This document shows positions 28,417 to 37,478 of a DNA stretch of 64,000 bases, piece by piece. The stretch spans positions 81,236 through 145,235 of the forward strand of contig CAZTSR010000006.1 in assembly GCA_964615995.1 (NCBI GenBank), read 5' to 3'. Below the pieces are notes generated by a model. It was not told where the DNA came from. It did no database searches and was given only the letters and a program-made list of their open reading frames with translations. How positions within the stretch are numbered: the first letter of the stretch is position 1; each line of letters starts with the position of its first letter. Source of the DNA: an uncultured Bacteroidales bacterium (GTDB taxonomy: Bacteria; Bacteroidota; Bacteroidia; Bacteroidales; UBA10428). The translations under genes were made by a program, and so were the position numbers.

Positions 28417-30271
28417 TAACGTATTTTTTAAAGGATTTCAGAGACTTATTGATAAAGTCCTTGTTGTCATTATTTACAGCAAAATAATCCAGGTAATACG
28501 AATACTCGCATTGGACAACATGAGCTGTAATACAACTAATTTTTACACTTATGCTTACTTTATCACTTATGTAGTTGTATTCAATGGGAGCAAAAACCTC
28601 AAATGGCTTTTTAAAGGAAAGAACTGCCCTGACTTTTTTACCAATAGTATTACCTATATATGTTCCTTCCAATAACGTTTCTCTCGTTTCACTCTCAATT
28701 AAGGCTGGCAAGAAATCAATAAACAGGAAACGACTGTTTTTATCGTTTAATATTTTTCCTCTGATGGTCAGTTTTGCATCAGCTGTCATCGGATCAGCTT
28801 GTGTGTTGATATGAAAATCATTTACTGATTGATTGCCAAAAACGGTTTCATAATGTTTTTTACCAATGCTGTTCCTTTCCTGGTCTTTAAGATTCAACAA
28901 ATCGCGTTTCAGAAAATTCCCCGACATGCCGGAATAATCAACCGTAAAGCCACCTTCCATCGTAAGACTATCAGCCTTTAATTCAATGTCATACTGAATC
29001 AGATTATTTTTAGCTGAAAACCCGGGTATTTTGTAAAAAGAACCCCCTTCACGATTTACAATAAAAACAGTACGTTCCTGTATACTCTGAACGGGTGATA
29101 ATGGCTTGTGTACCGGATCCGTCGGGTCGAGTATGACAGGCTGCCCGCTAATATATGCAACGCATATTACATGATTGGCAGAAACCAAAGATGGAAAATC
29201 GCAATCGGTGATATGATGATAAGTTGATGCCAGTGCCACATCTGCTTTAATTCCTTTATAATTTAAAATTTCAGACAAGAAATTTGACAAGTCCTTGCAA
29301 TCGCCTTGCTTATTAGTAAACACATCGTTTACATGATTGGGAATAAAAGCACCCATACCCATTTCAATGGCAACGTATTTAAATTTGGTTCTGACATAGT
29401 CATACAATAGCTCAGCAATCTTCATGGAATCTGTTATTCCCATAGTCAGATCATCAATTTTGCGGGTCACTGTGGAATCAAGGCCGCGTTTTTTCTCAAC
29501 CCGACTCAGATACCAGTCGTTCAAATAACAATTTTCGGATTTGCCATAATCAGAAGGGAAAACGATGGTACGCATTAAAGGTACACTCATGTTTTTATAA
29601 ACTCCAAAAACCATCATGGGATCCGGAGCTACTTTAACCGGAATCAATGATATATGCCACTCAGTTTGCTGATCAGTTACCAATGAATCGATGGCCAGGT
29701 ATTTTAATGAATCTTTACGCAGGATATCATATGCGAGCCGGAATGATTTTGGCACAATAATCCTATAATCCAGTGTATCAATACTATCATAGCTAAAGAA
29801 AAGCAAATCCGAGAGATACATTAATTCTTTACATTTAACCTGATAGGTGATTTTTGTATCAAATCCTGAAGGAACAAGAATGGCTTTTATTTTTTTGCTG
29901 GTCATGATATCCAGTTCCACTTCGGTTTCATGAACAGTTGATTTTGTCTGTTTAAGCTGATTTCCCTTTTTGGTATATGTTTTAATATCCGATATGTTTT
30001 CCAGTTCGGTATCGTAGAATACCGGGTAAAATCGGATTTCATCACTTTTTTTAAGAACAACGCTTACCTGCCTATCAAAGGTAGTATCCTCATTGATCCG
30101 AATGATTTCATATCGATTCCCAACATGAATATTCTGGGAACCTGCTTTGGAAAGAAGTAAAAGACAAAGTCCGGCTAACAGCAAAAGTTTTTTATAATTC
30201 ACTGCAATTAAAATATAGGGATTGTATTGTTGTGTACGCAAAATTTCACAAAACGGTGATTTTAATGTCAC
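28382..30271 (-). CDS. DUF3857-domain / transglutaminase-like cysteine protease superfamily protein
   Basis: KQGDCKDLSNFLSEILNYKGIKA (Cys), ANHVICVAY (His), and ILDPTD (Asp) form a TGase-like triad. The signal peptide NYKKLLLLAGLCLLLLS suggests the real start is the GTG at 30202. Confidence 0.7.
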   Translation of the reverse strand: MTLKSPFCEILRTQQYNPYILIAVNYKKLLLLAGLCLLLLSKAGSQNIHVGNRYEIIRINEDTTFDRQVSVVLKKSDEIRFYPVFYDTELENISDIKTYTKKGNQLKQTKSTVHETEVELDIMTSKKIKAILVPSGFDTKITYQVKCKELMYLSDLLFFSYDSIDTLDYRIIVPKSFRLAYDILRKDSLKYLAIDSLVTDQQTEWHISLIPVKVAPDPMMVFGVYKNMSVPLMRTIVFPSDYGKSENCYLNDWYLSRVEKKRGLDSTVTRKIDDLTMGITDSMKIAELLYDYVRTKFKYVAIEMGMGAFIPNHVNDVFTNKQGDCKDLSNFLSEILNYKGIKADVALASTYHHITDCDFPSLVSANHVICVAYISGQPVILDPTDPVHKPLSPVQSIQERTVFIVNREGGSFYKIPGFSAKNNLIQYDIELKADSLTMEGGFTVDYSGMSGNFLKRDLLNLKDQERNSIGKKHYETVFGNQSVNDFHINTQADPMTADAKLTIRGKILNDKNSRFLFIDFLPALIESETRETLLEGTYIGNTIGKKVRAVLSFKKPFEVFAPIEYNYISDKVSISVKISCITAHVVQCEYSYYLDYFAVNNDNKDFINKSLKSFKKYVNDPIVLKNKVE

Positions 30272-30320
30272 TTATTTTAACCTGAACAACCCGTGACATA
30301 AAACCAAAAGGCAGAAAGAT

Positions 30321-31328
30321 TTAAGCTTCTTTAGTGATTTCGGGTTTTTCGCTCTCTTTTCCGCTTTTAAACAGGCCTCTCATAATCAATGCCCTTATCA
30401 TTCCCAAACCGTAACCGGATAACATGATAAATGAAGCATAGGCACTCATGACGCCTACAAACAAGCGATGATTTTTGAATGTTGCATCGGCAATAATGGC
30501 AGCAAAGTAAAAAATCAAGGCTGCACCCCAAAGCAGTAATAAAGATTTTGACACAACCAGCCACAGCAGGCCTGAAATAAAAAACAAAACAAACAAAGAA
30601 GGAAGCATGTGCACAGCCTTTAAAGCATCTCCATGCCGCAACTGCAAATCAATCCTTCCACTTCCAAACGAAAAAACCTGCCGGAAAAATTTATAGAACG
30701 TCGACCTGCGCTTATGATAAACATATGCTTCTTCAATGAGACCCGTGTTAAAGCCATTCTTTGCAAGTCTCATGCTCAGATCAATGTCTTCTGATACTTT
30801 GAGTCCGCTGAAACCGCCTACACTGTTAAAAACTTCTTTCCGGATTCCCATATTGAAGCTTCGGGGCTGAAACTTGCCGACATGTTTCTTACCTCCCCGG
30901 ATGCCTCCGGTAGTAAAAAATGATGTCATTGCATAGCTGATGGCTTTCTGTGTGTTGCCAAAGGAATGATCTGCCTTATCCGGGCCACCATATGCATCTA
31001 GAGGATTGGTTTCAAGAAAATCCGATACGATTTTGAAGTACGACGAAGGTATGACGCAATCCGAATCAAAAAAAACAATGATAGAACCGGTCGATTCAGC
31101 TACACCCCAGTTACGCGATTCACTGATACCCAGTCCCTTGTGATGAAGATGTCTGACGTTCAAACGCGACATAAACGACACTGCCACATGTTGTATAGAA
31201 TCATCCAGGCTTCCGTCGGCCAGAATAATTTCAAAGTCCTTACAGGTCTGTGCTTCCAGACTTTTAAGCAATTCAGTTACTTCATCAGGACGTCCGAATG
31301 TAGGAACAATAATGGAAAAACGGGTCAT
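30321..31328 (-). CDS. Family 2 glycosyltransferase with a C-terminal multi-TM domain
   Basis: FSIIVPTFGRPDE, ILADGS, and FFDSDC (DxD-like) motifs. 3-4 TM helices in the last 100 aa. Confidence 0.8.
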   Translation of the reverse strand: MTRFSIIVPTFGRPDEVTELLKSLEAQTCKDFEIILADGSLDDSIQHVAVSFMSRLNVRHLHHKGLGISESRNWGVAESTGSIIVFFDSDCVIPSSYFKIVSDFLETNPLDAYGGPDKADHSFGNTQKAISYAMTSFFTTGGIRGGKKHVGKFQPRSFNMGIRKEVFNSVGGFSGLKVSEDIDLSMRLAKNGFNTGLIEEAYVYHKRRSTFYKFFRQVFSFGSGRIDLQLRHGDALKAVHMLPSLFVLFFISGLLWLVVSKSLLLLWGAALIFYFAAIIADATFKNHRLFVGVMSAYASFIMLSGYGLGMIRALIMRGLFKSGKESEKPEITKEA

Positions 31329-31347
31329 TTTGCGATGCTGGTTGTAA

Positions 31348-31962
31348 TTATTTCACCCTTTCGTCATAGGTTTTGCCCATCGAAGAGCCTTCTCCCTTCA
31401 ATTCCTTCATCATCATCTGTTTGATGGCATGGAAAATAATAATGTGAATATCTTCTGTGACTTCCATGTCCTGTATGGGAACATGAATCATGTGTTTTGC
31501 AAGGTCTTTAACTTTTCCACCTTTATAACCGCAAAAGGCAACTGTAACAGCTCCTTTTGCATTGGCATATTCAATGGCGCGAAGAATATTGGCAGAATTT
31601 CCACTACCTGAAATGCCGATTACAACGTCATCCTTTTTCAGGAATACCTTCAGCTGTTCAATAAAAATATCTTCATAGGTAAGGTCATTTGATATGGCAA
31701 GCATTCCAGATACGTTATCATTCAGGCATATAACCCTGAAGCCTTTATCCAATCCATATGAAATACCCTTCATAAAATCTCCTGCAACATGAGAAGCTGT
31801 GGATGCGCTTCCTCCATTGCCAAATATAAATACCATGCGTTCTTCAACACGTGCCTTAAGCAATAATTTTACCAGTTCGTTTACGGCGTCTGCATCAACA
31901 CGCTGCAGTGTTTCAGAAACCTTTCCGAAATAGCCGGAGAGATCAGAATTCTTCATCGGCAA
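31348..31962 (-). CDS. gmhA: SIS-domain sedoheptulose-7-phosphate isomerase
   Basis: 204 aa. FGNGGSASTASH and ISGSGNS motifs typical of GmhA. Confidence 0.8.
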   Translation of the reverse strand: MPMKNSDLSGYFGKVSETLQRVDADAVNELVKLLLKARVEERMVFIFGNGGSASTASHVAGDFMKGISYGLDKGFRVICLNDNVSGMLAISNDLTYEDIFIEQLKVFLKKDDVVIGISGSGNSANILRAIEYANAKGAVTVAFCGYKGGKVKDLAKHMIHVPIQDMEVTEDIHIIIFHAIKQMMMKELKGEGSSMGKTYDERVK

Positions 31963-32932
31963 AATAAATTAGTTTTGAACCCTCCCTGTCAAATCTGAAA
32001 TCAAACCTTTCAAGGGGTTTCAGTCTTTCAAGAAGTTTTTGTTGTTTTGAAGGTTCACAATAAAACAACATAAAACCTCCCCCACCTGCTCCCAGTAATT
32101 TTCCGCCACTTGCACCTGCATCCAATCCCGCCTTATATATATCGTCAATTTGTGAATTGGTTATTTGAGAAGCAAGGCGCTGCTTCAGTATCCAGTTTTC
32201 ATGAAGTATTTTTCCGAAGTCTTCAAGTGCATTACCATAAAGACATTCTCTTAAATCTGGCACCAGGGCAACCATCGATTTTAGTACCCTGAACTTATCT
32301 TCCTGTGAAGCATTTTTCTTTTGTTCTGCAAGTATATCAGATGCCTTGCGCTGGTTTCCGACATAAAACATCAGCAGGTTGTCCTGCAGACGGTTATACG
32401 TTTCATTCCTTATATATAAAGGTTCCACACGCACTTCTCCGTTGGGTTGAAAATGAATAATATTTAACCCGCCAAAAGCAGCGGCATACTGATCCTGTTT
32501 GCCGATAGGCTCGCCAAGAACGTCAATTTCAATGCGGCATGCTTCAAATGCCAGTTGTTCATGAGAAACATACTGGCGCTTAACAGCATGTAAACAATGC
32601 AAAATCCCAACCGTAAATGAAGATGATGATCCCATCCCGGTTCCTGATGGTATGTCTGCGATGGAACTGATTTCAATGCCCTTTGTAACGCCTGTCAAAC
32701 GCATGGCTTCGCGTAACAGAGGATGCTTAAGGTCTTCAAAAGTATCGACTGTTTCAGTTTCTGAATATTTTACGCGTACCTGGTTTTCAAAAAAGTACTT
32801 GTGCGATGAAATGTACATATACTTATTGATACTGGTACTGAGCACTGCTCCGGGATATTGCCCATAAAAGGTCTCCATATCGGAGCCTCCTCCAACAAAG
32901 CTGATTCGGAAAGGTGTACGGGTAATGATCAT
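31943..32932 (-). CDS. hddA: GHMP-family sugar kinase, D-glycero-alpha-D-manno-heptose-7-phosphate kinase-like
   Basis: 329 aa. RTPFRISFVGGGSD N-terminus, PSGTGMGSSSS (GHMP motif II), and GAGGGGF (motif III). Confidence 0.75.
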   Translation of the reverse strand: MIITRTPFRISFVGGGSDMETFYGQYPGAVLSTSINKYMYISSHKYFFENQVRVKYSETETVDTFEDLKHPLLREAMRLTGVTKGIEISSIADIPSGTGMGSSSSFTVGILHCLHAVKRQYVSHEQLAFEACRIEIDVLGEPIGKQDQYAAAFGGLNIIHFQPNGEVRVEPLYIRNETYNRLQDNLLMFYVGNQRKASDILAEQKKNASQEDKFRVLKSMVALVPDLRECLYGNALEDFGKILHENWILKQRLASQITNSQIDDIYKAGLDAGASGGKLLGAGGGGFMLFYCEPSKQQKLLERLKPLERFDFRFDREGSKLIYFADEEF

Positions 32933-34815
32933 GAGCCGTATGAGTTAATGAACAGATCGGCTAATTTACTTTCTTTTTCTATGATTTGATATTCATCACA
33001 TTGTCTTTTTTCAACAAGTTCCAGCGTTTCCTCCCTGTTCTTCTCTCTCCAGCCATAATAATCAACCATTCGATCCGTGAAAAGCTGTTCGCTTACCTGC
33101 ATCCATATTTTGAGATGAGCCTTATTGTTGAGCAATTCGGAACTCAGTGCCACAACACCCTCCAATATGATGATATCGGTTTCAGAAGCATCATATTCGA
33201 TGGGCAGACTGTTTCTTTTAGGATGATTGGCATAAGTTCTGCCGGATATTTTTTCCCCGGACAATAAATTCAGAATATCTTTTTCCATCTGTCTCACCTG
33301 GAACCGTTCGAAAACATTCATATCAGGAGTCCTTTTGTTTTCAGGCAAAAGCCAGTTGTCCAGAGAAATTTGAAGGGCTTTATATCCTGCATTCCGAAAT
33401 GCAATCCTTAAGTAGGCCGACATGGTGCTTTTCCCGCTTCTGGTATTTCCTCCTACAAGAATAATCCAGGGCATTTTACCTTTATGGGCAGAAAAGCGCT
33501 CGAATATTTGATTGAAATATGCCTGATACGGGTTCGTTACAATAAAATCAACGGCCTCCGCTAAATTCGAGAACATATAATCCGGTAGTACCTGAGTCTT
33601 CTTAATTCCGTAACCTGTCCGAACGCCAATGGTAATGCATCCGGCATTTATGCCAGCCTGTATATCCCGTTCAGAGTCGCCAATCATATAGGATAAAGCA
33701 GGATCGATATTGAATTTTCTGATGGCTTTAAGGAACATCCCGGTTTTAGGTTTTCTGCAATCGCAATCGATTTTGTACCGGGGATTTTCTTCAGGAAACC
33801 CCTTATCAGGATGATGGGGGCAGTAATAAACAGCATCCAGCCATGCCCCTTCGTTTCCCAGGATGGTGCCGAGTTTTTTATGAATCTCATGAATATCAGC
33901 CTCTGTACATAAATTTCTGGCAATGGCGCTCTGGTTGGTAACAACCACAGATAGATAGCCCGACTGATTCAACCTTCTGACGGCTTTTGGTACAAAATCA
34001 AATACTTCCAGTTCTTCAGGCTTACTGATATAGCTTCTTTCCGTATTCAGAACTCCATCGCGATCCAAAAAAACTGCTACCTGTTTTATTTCATAATTGC
34101 TGCGCCTGATACGGCCTGATTCCAGATCTGTCCTGACTTTTTCAAGCCGGTCGGATGTACCCATATCCTTCAGATATTCTGAGGTATGATACCCAAACAT
34201 GCGTACTTTATCAAGAATGACAGGGAAAATGTCCCTGCCAAAATCGGCCTTTTTTCCTTTTTGCAGGTGCGGGAATAGTTCAGCAGATAACACATATGCT
34301 CCGGCATTGACCATATTATTATACCAAACACCTTCCGGATGCGGCTTATGATGAAATGCGATGATGCGGCCATCTGAATCCATATCCACCAGATCGCTGT
34401 CATACGGATGATCATTCGGATGCAAAACAAGGGTGCATTGGCTGTTCTTTTCAATATGAAAATGCACAAGGCGTTGCAGATTCATGTTTACCATCACATC
34501 TCCGTATAACACCAGAAAATCATCCTTTAGTTGTTCCTCTATTTCCTTTATACCCCCCACAGTTCCCAGTGGCTCTGTTTCTTCAAAATAGCTGATATGA
34601 GCATTGAACTTCTCTCCATTTCCAAAATGGGAAATAATAGAATCTTTCAGATAATTCACCAACAGAATGATCTCAGTAAATCCGTATTTCACAAGAAGCT
34701 CAACCTGATGCTCCAGCAAGGGTTTATCACCAATGCGCATCATGGGTTTGGGAATTTCAAGGGTTTTATTTCCAAGGCGGCTTCCTTTTCCACCCGCAAG
34801 GATTACTGCTTTCAT
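32929..34815 (-). CDS. Triple fusion: sugar-1-phosphate nucleotidyltransferase (HddC-like) + HAD-IIIA heptose bisphosphate phosphatase (GmhB-like) + P-loop uridine-kinase/PRK-like domain
   Basis: aa 1-235 carry AVILAGGKGSRLG...LYGDV. aa 245-420 carry VFLDRDGVLN, CPHHP...CDCRKPKTGM (Zn site), and GDSERDIQAG. aa 450-628 carry VGGNTRSGKST (Walker A) and IIILEG. Confidence 0.75.
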   Translation of the reverse strand: MKAVILAGGKGSRLGNKTLEIPKPMMRIGDKPLLEHQVELLVKYGFTEIILLVNYLKDSIISHFGNGEKFNAHISYFEETEPLGTVGGIKEIEEQLKDDFLVLYGDVMVNMNLQRLVHFHIEKNSQCTLVLHPNDHPYDSDLVDMDSDGRIIAFHHKPHPEGVWYNNMVNAGAYVLSAELFPHLQKGKKADFGRDIFPVILDKVRMFGYHTSEYLKDMGTSDRLEKVRTDLESGRIRRSNYEIKQVAVFLDRDGVLNTERSYISKPEELEVFDFVPKAVRRLNQSGYLSVVVTNQSAIARNLCTEADIHEIHKKLGTILGNEGAWLDAVYYCPHHPDKGFPEENPRYKIDCDCRKPKTGMFLKAIRKFNIDPALSYMIGDSERDIQAGINAGCITIGVRTGYGIKKTQVLPDYMFSNLAEAVDFIVTNPYQAYFNQIFERFSAHKGKMPWIILVGGNTRSGKSTMSAYLRIAFRNAGYKALQISLDNWLLPENKRTPDMNVFERFQVRQMEKDILNLLSGEKISGRTYANHPKRNSLPIEYDASETDIIILEGVVALSSELLNNKAHLKIWMQVSEQLFTDRMVDYYGWREKNREETLELVEKRQCDEYQIIEKESKLADLFINSYGS

Positions 34816-34941
34816 TTTTTGAGATTTCGTATATACAAAAGAAGTGTTTTTATTTTAAAAAGCGATGATCCATGGCAGTTCTTCAGGAATCAGGCCAGAT
34901 ACTTCCATAAAACAGGTCTGAAATCCATAAAATCAAGAAAC

Positions 34942-34973
34942 AAAAAAAGCGTGAAGGTAGTCCGTCACGCTTT
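34942..34973 (-). terminator. Rho-independent terminator downstream of the TPR gene
   Basis: Minus strand: AAGCGTGA-cggactacct-TCACGCTT followed by TTTTTT. Confidence 0.7.
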
Positions 34974-34991
34974 CATAATATCAGGATTTAA

Positions 34992-35978
34992 TTACTGACA
35001 TTTCATATTGGTCCTTTGAGCTTTGGCAGCATTCAGAAATGGGCCATACATGGCATTCTTAAGGCTTGCGCAAGCATCACCGTTTTTTCCAAGTCCTGCC
35101 TGGGCAGTACCCAGTTCATAGTAATATTTTGCTCTGGCTTCGGGAGTAGTCTGAGGTTCCAGATCAAGTCCCTTCTGTGCATTTTCAGCAGCAAGCGCAA
35201 ATTTCTTCTGTTTATTATAAACACTGGCTAACTGGTAGTGTACGTTGTTGTCAGATCCGTATTTTAAAGCAGTGTTAAGTGATGTAAGGGCTTCAGAAAG
35301 TTTGTTGGCCTGATTGGATTTACCACCAGCGATGCGGAAATAATCACGTGCAATTTTATTAGTCTTTGCAATTTTTCCGGTATCTCCGTTTTCCTTAAGT
35401 TTGGCAAGATACAGGTCAATTGATTCCATGAATTTTCCCGAGTTACCCATTCCCCTATACATCAACGCCTTATTGTAAATCGAAGGCAGATGGTTGGGAT
35501 TGATCATCAGAACGCTGTCAAACGATGCAATGGCTTTTGCATTGTCTTTGGCTGCAACATAACCTGAAGCCATATTGGTATAAGCCTGAACCAGCAACTT
35601 ATCGGTGTTTTCTTTTACTGCTGTATCATTGTATTTCTCAGCAACAGAGCCAGCTTTCTTTATGTCAACAATAGCTTCCGGAATTTTCTTTTCAACAGTG
35701 AGTGTGTTGAAGGCCTTTTTGTAATAAAGGTCAGGAATAACGCCTATTGCTTTTGCTTTAATGTCAGCAGCTGAATCGCCAATTTGTCCGCAAACAACAA
35801 CGCATTGCTCAAATGTTGCAATAGCTTTAGGATCGCTTGCCTTCATTTGTTCCACCCCTTGATTAAACAGAGCAATGGCATCATTTTTTTCCTGCGCAAC
35901 AGCAGAAACTGTAACAATCATACAAAATGCAAAAACAGCAGTCATCTTTTTGATATACGCAAGTTTCATCATTTTCAA
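34992..35978 (-). CDS. Secreted tetratricopeptide (TPR) repeat protein
   Basis: 328 aa with a signal peptide (AVFAFCMIVTVSAVAQ). Repeated A..Y...A/G TPR-like helices. Ends in a Cys-containing tail. Confidence 0.65.
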   Translation of the reverse strand: MKMMKLAYIKKMTAVFAFCMIVTVSAVAQEKNDAIALFNQGVEQMKASDPKAIATFEQCVVVCGQIGDSAADIKAKAIGVIPDLYYKKAFNTLTVEKKIPEAIVDIKKAGSVAEKYNDTAVKENTDKLLVQAYTNMASGYVAAKDNAKAIASFDSVLMINPNHLPSIYNKALMYRGMGNSGKFMESIDLYLAKLKENGDTGKIAKTNKIARDYFRIAGGKSNQANKLSEALTSLNTALKYGSDNNVHYQLASVYNKQKKFALAAENAQKGLDLEPQTTPEARAKYYYELGTAQAGLGKNGDACASLKNAMYGPFLNAAKAQRTNMKCQ

Positions 35979-36070
35979 ATTAAAGGTTAATAAATATTGG
36001 TTTATGTCTATTTCTGTAAATATAAAAATTAATTATTTGAAATACTAAAAGTTCAAAAAGCTATCACTGA

Positions 36071-36523
36071 TCAATAATATGACTTTAACAGACGCATTAC
36101 ATGCCGGTCAATCGGAAATGTCAGATCGTTTTCAGTCAATTCCCTGATAGATGCCCATCGGAATGATTGCCTTTCGTTTTCTGCAGAAAAATCAAAGGGC
36201 CTTTCTGAAATCCGGAAAACCGGAGGTTGTTTCAGCCTGATCCGGTAATAGATGCTCACAAGTTGATGATCTTCAAAGAACATGGCTTTTTGGAAAAATC
36301 CGGTTGTATAGAAATGTTCCACAATTTCAATTTCCTGTCCGAGTTCTTCCATTGCTTCACGCTTTATACAATCTTCAGGACCTTCACCGAACTCCATTCC
36401 CCCACCCGGAAATTTAGTCATTCGCATTTCCATGGCATATTCATCACTTAACAAAATTTGTGCCGTATCATTGATGATCAAACCATATACCCTGATGATA
36501 TATTTGTTCCTGTCGTTTTCCAT
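36071..36523 (-). CDS. NUDIX hydrolase
   Basis: GGGMEFGEGPEDCIKREAMEELG matches the Nudix box GX5EX7REUXEEXGU. Confidence 0.85.
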   Translation of the reverse strand: MENDRNKYIIRVYGLIINDTAQILLSDEYAMEMRMTKFPGGGMEFGEGPEDCIKREAMEELGQEIEIVEHFYTTGFFQKAMFFEDHQLVSIYYRIRLKQPPVFRISERPFDFSAENERQSFRWASIRELTENDLTFPIDRHVMRLLKSYY

Positions 36524-36547
36524 ATAAAGCAGGCTTTTAAAAAATGT

Positions 36548-37450
36548 TCATATATGCTCCTGAATATGTACTAAAATCGCCTGGTATGATTCCGGATGAA
36601 ACCATGTGAACTCCTTATCACGGTTAAACCATGTGATCTGTCTGCGTGCATATTGCCGGGTATGATCCTTGATTTTTTCCACAGCCTTTTCCAAAGACGT
36701 TAACTCGTCCAAATAGCCAAACAACTCTTTATATCCAACTGTATTTAATGCGTTCATATGCCTGAAAGCATGCAGTTGATGTGCTTCAGTCAGCAAACCG
36801 GAGTCCATCATCTGGTCAACTCTTTTGTTGATCCGGTCGTGCAACTCATTCCGGGGAATATTCAGTCCGATTTTCACAGTCTTAAAAACCCGCGATTTGG
36901 ACTGACCCGTTATTAATGATGAATAAGGTTTTCCTGTCATTGCTTGTATTTCAAGCGCTTTCATAATGCGTTGGGGATTCGACAAATCTACTCTCAGGTA
37001 ATATGCAGGATCCAGTTTCTGAAGCCGGATCCGTATCCCTTCTAATCCTTCAGATCGGAACAAATGATGAATTTCTTCACGAACTGCAGGGTCAACAGTG
37101 GGCAAATCGTCAATACCTTTGCAAACTGCATCAATATAAAGTCCGCTACCTCCGCTCATGAGCATAACATCATGAGTCTGAAACCAGGTATCGAGCAGGC
37201 CAATGGCTTCCTGCTCAAACATACTCGCATTGTAAGGTTCATGAATGGATCTGTGACCAGCAAAATGATGTCGCACCGTGCCCTGTTCCTCAATAGTAGG
37301 GGCAGCAGTGCCAATGATCATTTCTCGGTATACCTGCCGGGAATCGGCGTTGATGATTTCTGTCTTAAAATATCGGGCAACAGAAATGGCAGCAGCTGTT
37401 TTTCCAACAGCGGTAGGACCAGCAATGATGATTAATGTTTTAGGGCTCAT
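36548..37450 (-). CDS. miaA: tRNA dimethylallyltransferase
   Basis: 300 aa. IIAGPTAVGKT P-loop, NADSRQVY, and GGSGLY motifs. Confidence 0.9.
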   Translation of the reverse strand: MSPKTLIIIAGPTAVGKTAAAISVARYFKTEIINADSRQVYREMIIGTAAPTIEEQGTVRHHFAGHRSIHEPYNASMFEQEAIGLLDTWFQTHDVMLMSGGSGLYIDAVCKGIDDLPTVDPAVREEIHHLFRSEGLEGIRIRLQKLDPAYYLRVDLSNPQRIMKALEIQAMTGKPYSSLITGQSKSRVFKTVKIGLNIPRNELHDRINKRVDQMMDSGLLTEAHQLHAFRHMNALNTVGYKELFGYLDELTSLEKAVEKIKDHTRQYARRQITWFNRDKEFTWFHPESYQAILVHIQEHI

Positions 37451-37478
37451 GATTAAAGCATCATGGGCATTTTCAATG

